In this document: positions 12,142-23,861 of the stretch, one piece after another
Layout of the letters: the number at the start of each line of letters is the position of its first letter
Numbering within the stretch: the first letter of the stretch is position 1
Source: Piromyces finnis finn
Lineage: Eukaryota; Fungi; Neocallimastigomycota
Direction of reading: 5' to 3'
Length of the DNA: 64,000 bases
Assembly (NCBI GenBank): GCA_002104945.1
Contig: MCFH01000018.1
Location: 620,001-684,000 of the forward strand
Made by a program: the position numbers and the translations under genes
The notes under the pieces: generated by a model
What the model saw: only the letters and a program-made list of their open reading frames with translations
What the model was told of the DNA's origin: nothing
The model's database searches: none

Positions 12142-13194
12142 ATGAATATTGTTAATAAAAGACTTTTAAGTCAACAATTAATTTCACCTCAATTCGTTGA
12201 TCCGGTGGATGTAGTAGAATGGATGGGAGCTTTACAAGCTCAAGATTATAAAATGATGAGATGGGCAGTAGCGGTTAGAACATGTAAACCATCTATTAAA
12301 CGATTTGAAGAAGCCTATAATAATGGAGAAATTATTAGAGTACATCTTTTACGAGGAACATGGCATTTAATTGCTGGAAAAGATTTACATTGGATGTTAA
12401 AAATTTGTCAGGAACGAGTAAGAAAAGCCACTTTTAGTAGAATGAAAACAAATAAAGTAGATATTACGGAAAATGAAATAGATCAATATCGGAATATTAT
12501 GAAAGAAGCGTTCAATGAGAAACATAGTGTAACAAAAGTAGATTTTCTTGAAGCCTTTTCAAAAAATAATGTTAAAATTAGTGATAGAAAATTAGGTTAT
12601 CATATTCGTTTAGCAGAAAATGATGGAATATTATGTAGTGGTGATTTAACATCAGGAATTTCTCCAACGTATAGCTTAGTATCTGAAAAAGTAAATAAAA
12701 ATAAGGAAGCATCAGATATAAGTTATGAAGAAGCCTTGAAACGTCTTACGCTAAAGTATTTTCGTAGTCATTCACCAGCAACCTTGGAAGATTTTGTATG
12801 GTGGACAGGTTTTACCAAAACAGAAGGGAAAAAATGCATTAAATTAATGGGAGATAAGCTTGTTGAAAAAGTATATGAAGGTCAAACATTTTATGTTTAT
12901 TCAGAAGGTAGAACAAAAGGTGTACCGAAAAGTTCAGTTTTATTATTATCCCCATTTGATGAATATTTGATTGGATACAAAAGTAGAGATATTGTACTGG
13001 AACCAAAGTACCGACATTACGCTCATAATAATAATGGTATTTTTTATCCGGTTTTTGCAATAGATGGACATATAAAGGGTAATTGGAAGCCAAGAAAAAA
13101 AGATGGCGATTTTACATTCTTTTCCCAAAAAAATAAAAGTAAATCTAGTCTTAAACTTGCATTTCAAAAATTTAAAGAATGGGGTGGTGTATAA
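12142..13194 (+). CDS. AlkZ-like (HTH_42 / winged-helix) DNA glycosylase, QAQ-motif type; probable bacterial horizontal transfer
   Basis: Intronless 350-aa ORF with GALQAQD, HLLRGTWH, YFRSHSPATLEDFVWWTG, LLSPFDEYLIGYKSR and NGIFYPVFAIDGHIKGNW, all characteristic of the bacterial AlkZ/YcaQ family. The ORF track starts at an upstream TTG; the first ATG is at 12142. Confidence 0.85.
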   Translation: MNIVNKRLLSQQLISPQFVDPVDVVEWMGALQAQDYKMMRWAVAVRTCKPSIKRFEEAYNNGEIIRVHLLRGTWHLIAGKDLHWMLKICQERVRKATFSRMKTNKVDITENEIDQYRNIMKEAFNEKHSVTKVDFLEAFSKNNVKISDRKLGYHIRLAENDGILCSGDLTSGISPTYSLVSEKVNKNKEASDISYEEALKRLTLKYFRSHSPATLEDFVWWTGFTKTEGKKCIKLMGDKLVEKVYEGQTFYVYSEGRTKGVPKSSVLLLSPFDEYLIGYKSRDIVLEPKYRHYAHNNNGIFYPVFAIDGHIKGNWKPRKKDGDFTFFSQKNKSKSSLKLAFQKFKEWGGV

Positions 13195-14434
13195 TGAATT
13201 CAATACAGAAAAAGAAGATTCAACATATGAGAATGGGAATTAAAAAAAAAAAAAACTAAAGAGGTTATTTTACCAAAATTAATGATAATGATTGATTGTA
13301 ATAGAAATGGTTGAAAAAGTATATGTATTAAACTAATTTTTTTTTTTTTAATGTATTGTTGTTGGTTGATAGTTGTTATGAATATTTTTAAAGATCATTT
13401 TAAAAATAAAATTTAGATACTGATTATTCTATGTCTATTAATTTAGAAGGAGTAATACGAATATAATTGATAAGAATAGGGAAATAATTAAAAGGAAGGG
13501 AAAAAAAAAAGTAATCTTTTAAAGAAAAGATTATTATATAATATTTACTTTTTTTTTTTTTTTTTTTTTTTAAATCATTATATTGAAAAGTTTATTAAAG
13601 ATAAAATAAAAAAAAACTATCTGAACATAAATAAAAATCTTTTATTTTCAAAATAATTAACTGATCTTTAGTGGTATGTGTTCTATCTTTATGATTAATA
13701 TATATATTTAGTGTGAAATATTAATTAAAAAATATAAATATAATTATTAGTATTAATATGATCAATTTACATATATATTTATATATATAAAAACTCTTTT
13801 TTATTCTGTTTTTCGTAACTTTTTTTTTAATAATACGGTGTGTTCTTTTAATAAAGTTTTATTTTATATATTAAAAATTATAAAAACAAAATACATTAGA
13901 TGGCATGACCAAATTATTATAGTAATAAACTATTTATAAGGAATGGATAAAATTTTAAAGTTTAATTTTTTTTATTTGTAAAGGTAAAAGATATCAATAA
14001 TGTTAATATTTTTTTTTATTATTATTTTAATTGAGAAATTAGTAATGGAATCATTACACTTCTAGCAAAACTACGATTGATTTTAAAAAAAAAATGAATA
14101 GGAACTAAATAACTTTACTATTTAATACATATGAATATCTAAAGTATTTTTACAATATAGAACAATACAATAATTTTGGTATATAAGGAAGGGAGAATGA
14201 ACTTTACTTCTTTTGACTTTTTGAATAATATATGTACTAAATAATTGTAAATGATTAAACCATTTTATTGTAGGTGTCAAAGATTATTTAATTTAAATCG
14301 TTTGTTTTTATTAATTACAAATATAAAATAAAAAATAATTTAAAAAAGAATTTTTTTTAATTAAATATCTAAAAGAAAAGAAGATTATGAAGAAAAATAG
14401 GAACACAATACAATACAATTGTTGTCAATATTTA

Positions 14435-14465
<31 letters not shown>

Positions 14466-14624
14466 TTATTATTATGCATATATTGAAAAATAAATATTAT
14501 AAAACAGATTATAAATAAAATAAGGATCAAAATAATATTAGTAAAATTAAAAAGAGTGGTAATATTTTATTGTTATTTCTATTGTTGCAATTAACATTAT
14601 TATTATGTTTATTACTATTATTAT

Positions 14625-15520
14625 TATGACCCCGATGAACTGTAAAGATGTTCATTCAAATGTCTTTGTTCCGCCTTATCAATTTATAGTTCATCGTAAG
14701 CTAAATTTCCACATTCCACCAAGAAGGAACATAAAAATATAGTTATAACTTGTTTTTCTTACTTCCAATTCAGGGAATAAATAAGTAATGAATTGATTCA
14801 TGTATTTATTATGAAAAAAAGGTAAAATGATCGTCAAAAAAGCAAAGTGAAGAAGATCTGTATTCAGAGAATGCAGAACATTCTAATATCCAATGGTAAA
14901 AAAATTGTTCATCCTATCCGCAACATGGACAGCCACAAGAGGGTAATCAGGAATAACTCTATTACTGGCAATAGCAATCCTGGTAGTATTTTCATAACCG
15001 CATCGAATACGAATAATCCAAGTAATTCCTAAATTTAAGTGAAGCTTGTTGAGACTGATATGAATCGAGCAATTGAAATTAAGGAATTTATTGTTAGTAT
15101 ATTTGAGGACATTACTTCCATTATTTAAGTTACTATTATTCTAATAATGTTCTCTAATATCTTTAATACTTTTAATTTTTATTTTCAAAAGTTTCTTATG
15201 TAGTGAAAAAGATTCTTTGGCCCAAGGGTAATGAGGCATGAAAGGAATAGATCAGACGAGATCTTTAATCATACAGTTTGATTTTCTCCATTTAACAAGG
15301 CATTTCACTTTTTGCACAGCACAAATAACTAAAAGTGTTGAAATCCTAAAATTTCTTGTACAAACTAGTAAATGAATTTCATTCAAAAATAAAATCACTT
15401 TTATTTAGACTTTTATTGTGAAAGCTATTGACACTCCATAAAACAGCAGTATTGATAAAAAAAATTGGACTCTGCGAGTTCTATTTTGTTGGATTTTTTT
15501 TTTTTAACGGCATCAAATCA
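14625..15520 (-). mobile_element. Decayed LINE ORF2 C-terminal fragment with CCHC zinc knuckle
   Basis: Minus-strand translation with stops and frameshifts: QKVKCLVKWRKSNCMIKDL, LGITWIIRIRCGY, CPCCG*DEQFFYHWILECSAFSEYR (C-x2-C...H-x4-C), IFMFLLGG. Confidence 0.7.
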
Positions 15521-16643
15521 TCTTAAACTTTATTATTAATTTAAAATTATAATTCAGGTTAAAATAATTTTTTTTTTCTTTTTTTTTTTTAAAAGACTAG
15601 GAAGAGAATACACATCTTTTATTTATTTATTTAATTTGTGATATTACATAATATTAGGTGATAATACATATTGATATAATAAATAATAAATAAAAATAAT
15701 AAAATATATATAAATAAAAATAAAAATATAAAATAATATAAAATAATTATTTAAGTTGCATAAAAGTTCAATGAACTCTGCAATTTGTACTGTGTGGGAT
15801 TGGTCCCTACCTAATAAATTAAATGAAATAAAAAAAAAAGGAAGTAACATCAGGTATGATAGTGTGGTGTCCACTAAACTCTCCCATGAATTCATAGGTT
15901 AAAATAAATATAAATGAATAAAAATTGGGTATAATGTATTTTAGTAATTAAAAAAAGTCACTATTATACTAAAGTATAATAATAATTGTATTTGACTTCC
16001 GTTGGAACACCGAGCCAAAGATCAAAATTTTATCATGGTACATCCATTGGTTGTGCTTACTGTATCTTCATCATTGATGGTCTTGGTTGTTGCTTCAAAT
16101 TTTTTGAAAAAATATCATAAGATTTCTTGATACTTTTTACAAAATTAATTGAAAATAAAAAAAAAATAAAAAAATAAAAAAGAAGAATTTTAATGATTTA
16201 AAAATTAACACTTTACTTTTTATTCATAAATTGTTTTTTTTTTTTTATTTTTTTTTTTTAAAAAATTTTTTATTTTTTTTTTTTTTTTATTTTTTTTTTG
16301 GTTATTTGTTATTTGCAAAAAAAAAAAACTTTTAAAATTAAAATAGGAAATATAAAAAATAAAAAAAAAATTAAAAATGTATTATATACTATAAAACTTT
16401 AAAATTTTACACTTTTGAGAAATAATAAAAAAATAAATGTATATATCTTTTTAAGAAAAATAAGTATATATATATATTATATTATTTATAATTAAAAATT
16501 AATTTATATATAAAAATAAATATTTATAAAAAAATACTTTGTATATTTAAAATAAAAAATTTATTATTGATTTTGTCTTTGGATAAAAGAACAAAACTAA
16601 AAAAAAAAAAAAAAATATTTTTTACTACTCTTTAAAGGCATTA

Positions 16644-18911
16644 TTAGTTAGTCAAGTGACAAGAAATTTTTTCATGACGGTGAAGAGCATCTTTTCTGTT
16701 AAACTTCTTACCACAGTTCTTGCAAAAGAATTTTTCTCCTTGATGAATGGAGGCAATGTGTCTACTTAAAACAGATGAACTAAAGAATCCTTCATTACAG
16801 TATTCGCAAACAAAGTCCTTATTTCTTTTTGGGTTGTGGATTCTAATGTGTTCCTTTAAATTAAATTCTCTGTTAAACTTTTTGTGACAGTTAGCAAATG
16901 GGCAAATGCTAAACTTTCTTGGCTTTCTTGGGCGTCCTTTTCCCCTTTTCTGACTTGCTAACTTTTCAAGTTCAATCACATCCTCTTGTACTACTTCAAC
17001 TGGAGTAAGTCTAACCAACTTTGTAATATTTTCATTAGTAAAATCAAAATCTTCTTCCTTAACCATACAACGTTTAATGCAATCATTTGATGGGAATGAT
17101 GGGTCAACTTCAATGCCATTTGAAGTTGAAGATGGCGAGGATGAGGTGGATGGTTGTGTGATTCCATTATTTTGTAAAATATCATTCATCGCCTTCATAA
17201 TAAAATCAACCTTTTCCAAGTCGGAATCCTTATTTTCATTGTTTCTACTTTCAGTTTCCAAATTTGCTCCTAATAAAGTATTACCTGATAAAAGTGATGT
17301 AGGTGGAATAAATGTGTCATTTTGAATAGTTGAGGTTGAATTATCTGATAAATTAAATGAAGAGAATGAAAATGGAGTTGTTGATGAAGTTTGACCGGCT
17401 GGAGAAGATATCATAGCTGAATCTAATGAGTTTTGAATACCTGCTTCTAATGGATAATTTGGAATTGTAGATTGTGAAATGGAATTTAAAATATCTTCAA
17501 TTTCATTACTAGTTGGTTGGATTGGAATATTATTAAGTAATGCATTGTCTAATGGCGATTGTAAGGTTTGTTGAGATGAAGTATCATTACTAAGTAATGT
17601 AGATATTAATGGAGATTGCATCATTTGTTGAGATGGCATATCAGCAAGTAATGAAGAAATTAATGGGGATTGCATTGGCTGTTGAGATGGAGTTCCGGCA
17701 AGTAATGAAGAAACTAATGGGGATTGCATTGGTTGTTGAGATGGAGTTCCGGCAAGTAATGAAGAAACTAATGGGGATTGCATTGGTTGTTGAGATGGAG
17801 TTCCGGCAAGTAAGGATGAAACTAATGGAGATTGCATTGATTGTTGAGATGGAGTTCCAGCAAGTAAGGAGGAAACTAATGGGGATTGCATTGGTTGTTG
17901 AGATGGAGTTCCAGCAAGTAAGGAGGAAACTAATGGGGATTGCATTGATTGTTGAGATGGAGTTCCAGCAAGTAAGGAGGAAACTAATGGGGATTGCATT
18001 GGTTGTTGAGATGGAGTATCAGAGAGTAAAGAGGAAACTAATGGGGATTGCATCATTGGTGATGGCTCTAAAAGATTTGCAGGACTTTGAGTCATTGGGG
18101 ATGGCATTAAAAGATCCATTGGACTTTGAGCAGTATCTATTGGAGCTGGGGTCTTGAATGGATCAAGTTCATTTTTGTAAACAATTAATGGATCTTGGAA
18201 GGCATCATTTAAAACAGGAGTACTAGAAATAATATCATTCTTTGGAGAACCGTCATGTAAATCTATTACATTTAAATTAGATTGAATTGGAGAAATAATT
18301 TCTGGACTTGGTAAAACAGGATTACTGGATGCATTATTATCTAAATTCATTTTGAAATCTAAAAAGGCTTTATCCATTGGAGTAGTAATTGGAGTAGCTA
18401 ATTGAGAAACAGTGGATTCATCTTGTGTTTTCTTCTTTTCAAATAATTTCTCACCCATATTCTTAAAAACTTCAATAAATGTACTTGGATCAACATTTTT
18501 TATAGCATCCATAAATTCTTCCTTACTTTGAATCTTATTATTATTACCAGTTAAAACCATTTCGATTACATCTTGCATTTTATTTTCCTTTGTAGTAACG
18601 CTTTCAATTTGAGGAGTCATAATAGCGTCATTAGAAACAGAAGGTAAATCAATCTGATTTATTCCAATGAAAGGTGAATTATTTAATGATGGTTGTAATG
18701 GTGTACTAAATGGTAATGATGAGTCGGTAATAGGGATTCTGGAAGGACGTTTAATCCTTCCTTCATATAATCTCGCTTTTCTTTTATTGATTTCCAATAA
18801 TCTTCCTTCTTGACACTTTGCTTCTTGACGACGACTAAAATATCTTTTGAAAACATTTTCTAAATTCTTCTTATTTTCTAAACTAAATTTCATTGGTTGG
18901 GGATAAAACAA
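16644..18911 (-). CDS. C2H2 zinc-finger transcription factor (3 C-terminal fingers, AT-hook, S/T-P-rich tandem repeats); true N-terminus uncertain
   Basis: Fingers CPFANCHKKFNREFNLKEHIRIH, CEYCNEGFFSSSVLSRHIASIH, CKNCGKKFNRKDALHRHEKISC; AT-hook RGKGRPRKP. The ORF starts at TTG; the frame stays open to a candidate acceptor near 18942, so an upstream exon is possible. Confidence 0.88.
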   Translation of the reverse strand: MFYPQPMKFSLENKKNLENVFKRYFSRRQEAKCQEGRLLEINKRKARLYEGRIKRPSRIPITDSSLPFSTPLQPSLNNSPFIGINQIDLPSVSNDAIMTPQIESVTTKENKMQDVIEMVLTGNNNKIQSKEEFMDAIKNVDPSTFIEVFKNMGEKLFEKKKTQDESTVSQLATPITTPMDKAFLDFKMNLDNNASSNPVLPSPEIISPIQSNLNVIDLHDGSPKNDIISSTPVLNDAFQDPLIVYKNELDPFKTPAPIDTAQSPMDLLMPSPMTQSPANLLEPSPMMQSPLVSSLLSDTPSQQPMQSPLVSSLLAGTPSQQSMQSPLVSSLLAGTPSQQPMQSPLVSSLLAGTPSQQSMQSPLVSSLLAGTPSQQPMQSPLVSSLLAGTPSQQPMQSPLVSSLLAGTPSQQPMQSPLISSLLADMPSQQMMQSPLISTLLSNDTSSQQTLQSPLDNALLNNIPIQPTSNEIEDILNSISQSTIPNYPLEAGIQNSLDSAMISSPAGQTSSTTPFSFSSFNLSDNSTSTIQNDTFIPPTSLLSGNTLLGANLETESRNNENKDSDLEKVDFIMKAMNDILQNNGITQPSTSSSPSSTSNGIEVDPSFPSNDCIKRCMVKEEDFDFTNENITKLVRLTPVEVVQEDVIELEKLASQKRGKGRPRKPRKFSICPFANCHKKFNREFNLKEHIRIHNPKRNKDFVCEYCNEGFFSSSVLSRHIASIHQGEKFFCKNCGKKFNRKDALHRHEKISCHLTN
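17545..18056 (-). repeat. Coding minisatellite, 54-bp unit (MQSPLVSSLLAGTPSQQP), 9 copies plus a partial
   Basis: Read directly in DNA and protein; contiguous units with no spacers. Confidence 0.95.
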
Positions 18912-21900
18912 ATTTATACGTTGTTTTTTTAAAAAGAAAACCTATCCTATAGTTGTTTTATTGGTGGTTTCTTTTTAAAAGAATAATAAATTAATTACTT
19001 TTTTTATAAATATATAATTAAAAAAAATTGCGACTTTAAAAAATAAGCAATCTTTTTTATTTATTTAATATAATTATCTTTATATAAAAATTAATTTAAA
19101 AAGGATAAGATATAATAGTCTTCCTTTTTCTAATAATTTAAATAAATATGAATATGTCTCTTTTTTTTTCCTTATTAATATATACTTGATTCTTTTATGG
19201 GTATTAAAAGGTAAAGGATATATTAAAAGTTTTATAATTTGAATACACTATCTTAATAGTATTGTTATTACTGATTTGTTTATTATTTTAAAAAAAAAAA
19301 CTGATGTTATTATTTTTATTGTTGTTGCTGTTTGAAAAGATATTTTAAGTGTATATCTTTTCTATAAAAAGTATGTAATATTGTATTAAACTATGTTATA
19401 TATGTATTGTTATTTAATAAAATAAAAAAAAAAAAGTATTCTATTTCTCTATTCAACAAACACTTTGTATTGAAATTGCTCTTGAGTTATAAAAGTATAA
19501 ATATGAATTTGAAAAATAGAAAGGATTCATTCCAGTAATTTATATATTAAAAATTAACGATAAAACTAAACTTTTTTTTATCTAATAAAAAAAAGTAATA
19601 TTATTATTATGTTAAAATAAATTAATAAAATTGAAAACTTTTCTATTATTGTTTTTTTAACCAAAACAAAAATATATATCTATGGAAAGTTTTCTTAAAA
19701 ACTAAAAATAATATTTAAATATTATATTTTTTGTTTAACTTTTTTATATTATTTGTCATAAAATACTTTATTTTATAATAGCATATAAAATAAAGTAGTT
19801 AATTTTTGTTAATAAAATTGTAAAAAAAAATAATAATAATTGTGCTTATTTATTACGATAAAAATGTTTAACGTGTTTTTTTATTTAAGCTAAAAAAGTG
19901 CTTTTAAATTTGTTTTATAAAATTCAAATAAAAATTAAATGACTATTTAATTTTTTTTTTTAATAATTAATTTTTAACTAATTTGATGATTAAATAAAAT
20001 TTTTTTTTTGAGAAAAAACCTGCATTTATATAGGCGTTTACCATTTCATTTTTTTTTATTAAATATTAATATTTCATTATGGATCAATAAGTAATTTAAA
20101 ATATGTCATTTATATATGTATGTATATATTAGAATATACTGTAATATATTAAAATTAGAAAATATAGTTTTATTAAAAAATAAATAAATAATAACCATAA
20201 ATGAATATATACAATTTCAAAATTTCAATACAAATGTTTATATTGGTACGTATAATGAATTGAATGGATACATATATAATAAATGGTATTGGTAACTATT
20301 TATATTATAAATAAATCGATAAATGTATAAAATGGATATAATGTAATTTATTATTCTATATAATATTATATATGCTTCCAATATATTACAATATATATTT
20401 TTCAAAAAAATTCAACATCAAAATATAAACTTTATTTAATAATAAAATAAATATCCAGTTCATTTTATATATTTTTAGAATAGATTAAAATTTCAATAAC
20501 TATCATTTAATTAATAATAAATAAAAAAATTGATTTTTTCTATCAAAATTTTAAAACAGTGATACAAGCCACAATATATAATGTATACAAAATCAATGTA
20601 AAAATGGAATAAAAAAAATTTTTATATTAAAATACAAAAAAAAATTGATATTTTTTTTTATTGATTTCATAAGAAGCTAAAAGTATTTATTCCATAGTAA
20701 GATAGTAAAATGGATTATAAAACAAAATTTTGTTATTTTTTTTTAAGAATAAACTAAGAATTACTTTTAAAAAAAAGAAATTACTAAGAATTTAAATAAA
20801 AAAGAAGTTACTAAGAATGCAATTATTGTAAAAAAAAAAAAGAGTAAAAGAAAATACTATGAATAATTTAATAAAGACAAAAAAGTGAAAAAGAAATTAC
20901 TTAGAAATAAAATGAACTTTGAATTGAATCATTGAAATATATTGAATTAATTAATTTTATACTAAAAAATCTAAATTAATTTATAAACACCAATAAAATG
21001 AGCAATTTAAAATTAAAACTAGCAATTTATAATTAAAAATTTAATAAGTTTGTAACACATCAAATAAATTAAAATCTCATTCATGATTCTATAGATTCAA
21101 ATATTATAAATGTTTATAAATATTACCAATGGATGAGCTTCATTATTCTATAATTCTTTTATATATTTAGCTTTATTTTTCAAGCTAACAAGAATTTTTC
21201 TTTAGTTCTAAAAATGAAGTAGTTACAAGATGAATGTTTTATTATCTAAAATTAAAAAAAAGAAAAAAAGAAAAGTCTATTCCTGCAATACCAAAGTAAT
21301 AATGTTTATTATAGATTCAATTAATAAAATTGATCAAATTCAACCATAAAACATATATAAAGAAAAGAAGGATAATAAAATTCTATTATAAATTAGAACA
21401 AAAATACAGAATTATTCTAGAAAGTATAGAATAATTCTGATACCCTTTTAAATCTAGAATAGTTCTGATAATTGACTTTAAAAAAAAACTTTACTACTAC
21501 AATCTTTATGTTAAAATCTAGAATTTTTTAATTCATTTTGTAGTCCTAGAGAAAACAAGCCACAAAAAGTTACTAAAAATACATTTTATTACTAGAAAAT
21601 TTTTTAACAGAAAAAAAAACAAGCACAAGTTTCTAGGGGAATTACATCAATAACAACAACAACAACAACACATTAGCACTATTTTAGGATCGTGTTTTAT
21701 AGAAAGCGTATGGATAAAGGTGAATGGATAAAAAGAGTATTATTTCATAAAAAAAAACAATATAATTACTATGTTAATGATATACCTTTCATACTTTACA
21801 AATCAATGTTTTAGTTTATTTAAAAATTATAAACGTATTAATAGTAAGTGTAATAAGAAAAGTATCAGCATCAATAACTCTTAAATGTATAATTAAAAGA

Positions 21901-23595
21901 TTTGTTACTTTTTTTACATTATTACTTTTTTTTTTTTTTTAATCTTTTCCACATTACTAGCCATAAAAAAGTGATTTAAAGAATTATATGACATATTATA
22001 GAATAATATAATTTAATATATGCGTAAATTACATTGATAATATAATATAAATAAATTATTTTAAATAGAAATTTTATTGATGTGGTTATACTCAATAATT
22101 TGAATAGGAATTCTGTTTTTCTTATTTTTGGTAAATCAGAAATAACTATAGAAATAATAATATATTAGTAGTATATTCTAATATATGGTGAAGTAGTTAA
22201 TATGAGCAATTTATTAAATAATAAGGTTTATATTAAATTATTTTAAAATTAATTTTAAAAAAATTTTGTATTTTTATGTATCAGTTTAATGTACATTTTT
22301 GTATACATAATATTAATAATGTAAAAGTGTGGTTTAGTTTTTTAAAAAAAATTACACAGAAAACTGAATGATTATATTGAGGTGTAGCTGTTGGATTGCT
22401 AGTGTATAATTAGGAAATATAACCAAAAAAAAAAAAGTAATAATAAAAATTTTGACTACATAAAGGGAAATAATAATAATATTTAATTATTTATAATAAA
22501 AATTGATTTATACATTATAATAAATGTATTTGTATCTTTAGTGCGCCTTTTATTCTGAAAAATGGCTGAAATAATTGATTTTTATTATTAAAAAAAAAAA
22601 AAAAAAAAAACATGCATAAAACTTCAATCTTCAATAATAAGTAAAAATAAATAATGATTAATAATGACTATATATTCTTTCTTTATTCAAAATAAATTAT
22701 TTATTAAAGTCATTAATTATAGAAAATTTATAATTATTTTTAATGGCGAAATACTAATAATAAGATGAAAGAAAATACAAATTATATTTTTGAAAAAAAA
22801 AAAAAGTATATAAAGGGAAAATTATATCCTTTAAATATAAAGAATGAAATACTTGATAAGCTTAAAAGAGCTCTATTTTATAGATACTTACATCAAATCA
22901 ACAAAAAAAAAGACTGATTAATATGATGTAACATCATCTAATCTAAATAATCTAACCCATTCATCTTTTTTTGATCTATAAGCAACGTTGAAATGATAAT
23001 CTCTCGATATAAACCTTTTATTTTGATTAACACTTGTATTTAGTATTTCAATAGGAATTTATCTATCTCTCTATTTATATTTAATGGAAACTAGAAATGT
23101 TTATAAATTTCTTCATTATAAAATGAAAGAACCAAGAATTAATATATAATAAAAGAACCTTTAACGAAATTAAAATATAGTAGTACTTAACATATAAAGA
23201 AGTATTATTACAGAGTTTGTATAAAAGTAGAGTATTGTAATATTTGATCATTCTTATGTTTAATCTTTTTAAAGGTTAGATGGATAATTCATCTTTAAAT
23301 AGATCTATTTAATCATCTTTAGTATTTCAAATGAATAATATATAAATAATATATAGTAATAATAATAATAAATAATAAACATTTATGTTTATAAAGTTAG
23401 TTATATAATTATTATTAGTATTATTATTATTAAAAATCCACAAATTCATTAGTATTTCATTACCTTATTCTAAAACTAAATATTTTGATGGTTAGATTTA
23501 AGGAAATTAAAATGGCGAAGGTTGTATTAAACGCATTAACCACATTTTTAGTATGGATTAGAATTCTGTATTTAAATTATTTTTTATTTTTAAAT

Positions 23596-23861
23596 TGAAC
23601 CACAATTTACAATTAAAAATATCTTAATATATGTCATAATATATTGTATAATATATATAATATTATTTACCAATTGAACCAATATATTATAATATATTAT
23701 AATATTATATGACTTATTTGAAAAAACAATTAAATCGATTATAAAAATTTAAAGAGAAACATTTCTATAATATATTATATCAATATATTAAATATATTCA
23801 AATAATATATTATGTATATATTATAATATATCATGATTTTTAATAGTATGAATGTGGTTCA
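23596..23861. mobile_element. Possible degenerate MITE
   Basis: TGAACCACA at 23596-23604 and its reverse complement TGTGGTTCA at 23853-23861, with imperfect AT-rich inverted similarity extending ~60 bp inward. No clear TSD. Confidence 0.25.

Noticed and set aside
12142-13194. Bacterial contamination as the source of the AlkZ-like and YbaN-like genes
   Set aside because: No operon context or ribosome-binding signals, AT-ameliorated codons, fungal poly(A/T) flanks, adjacent TSD-flanked retroposons and intron-containing neighbours. Long reads would still be the definitive test.
14600-14630. (TAA)n as the 3' tail of the LINE fragment
   Set aside because: Homologous copies at 32.2 and 45.0 kb continue past this point, so it is a truncation into AT-rich DNA rather than the natural end.
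17545-18056. CRISPR-like appearance of the 54-bp array (and of the 69-bp array at 48938-49270)
   Set aside because: Units are contiguous with no unique spacers, lie in frame inside eukaryotic CDSs, and there are no cas genes.
17609-18157. 182-aa plus-strand ORF with repeats (also 17077..17325 and 16991..17185)
   Set aside because: Antisense or alternative-frame shadows of the 54-bp coding repeat in the zinc-finger gene.
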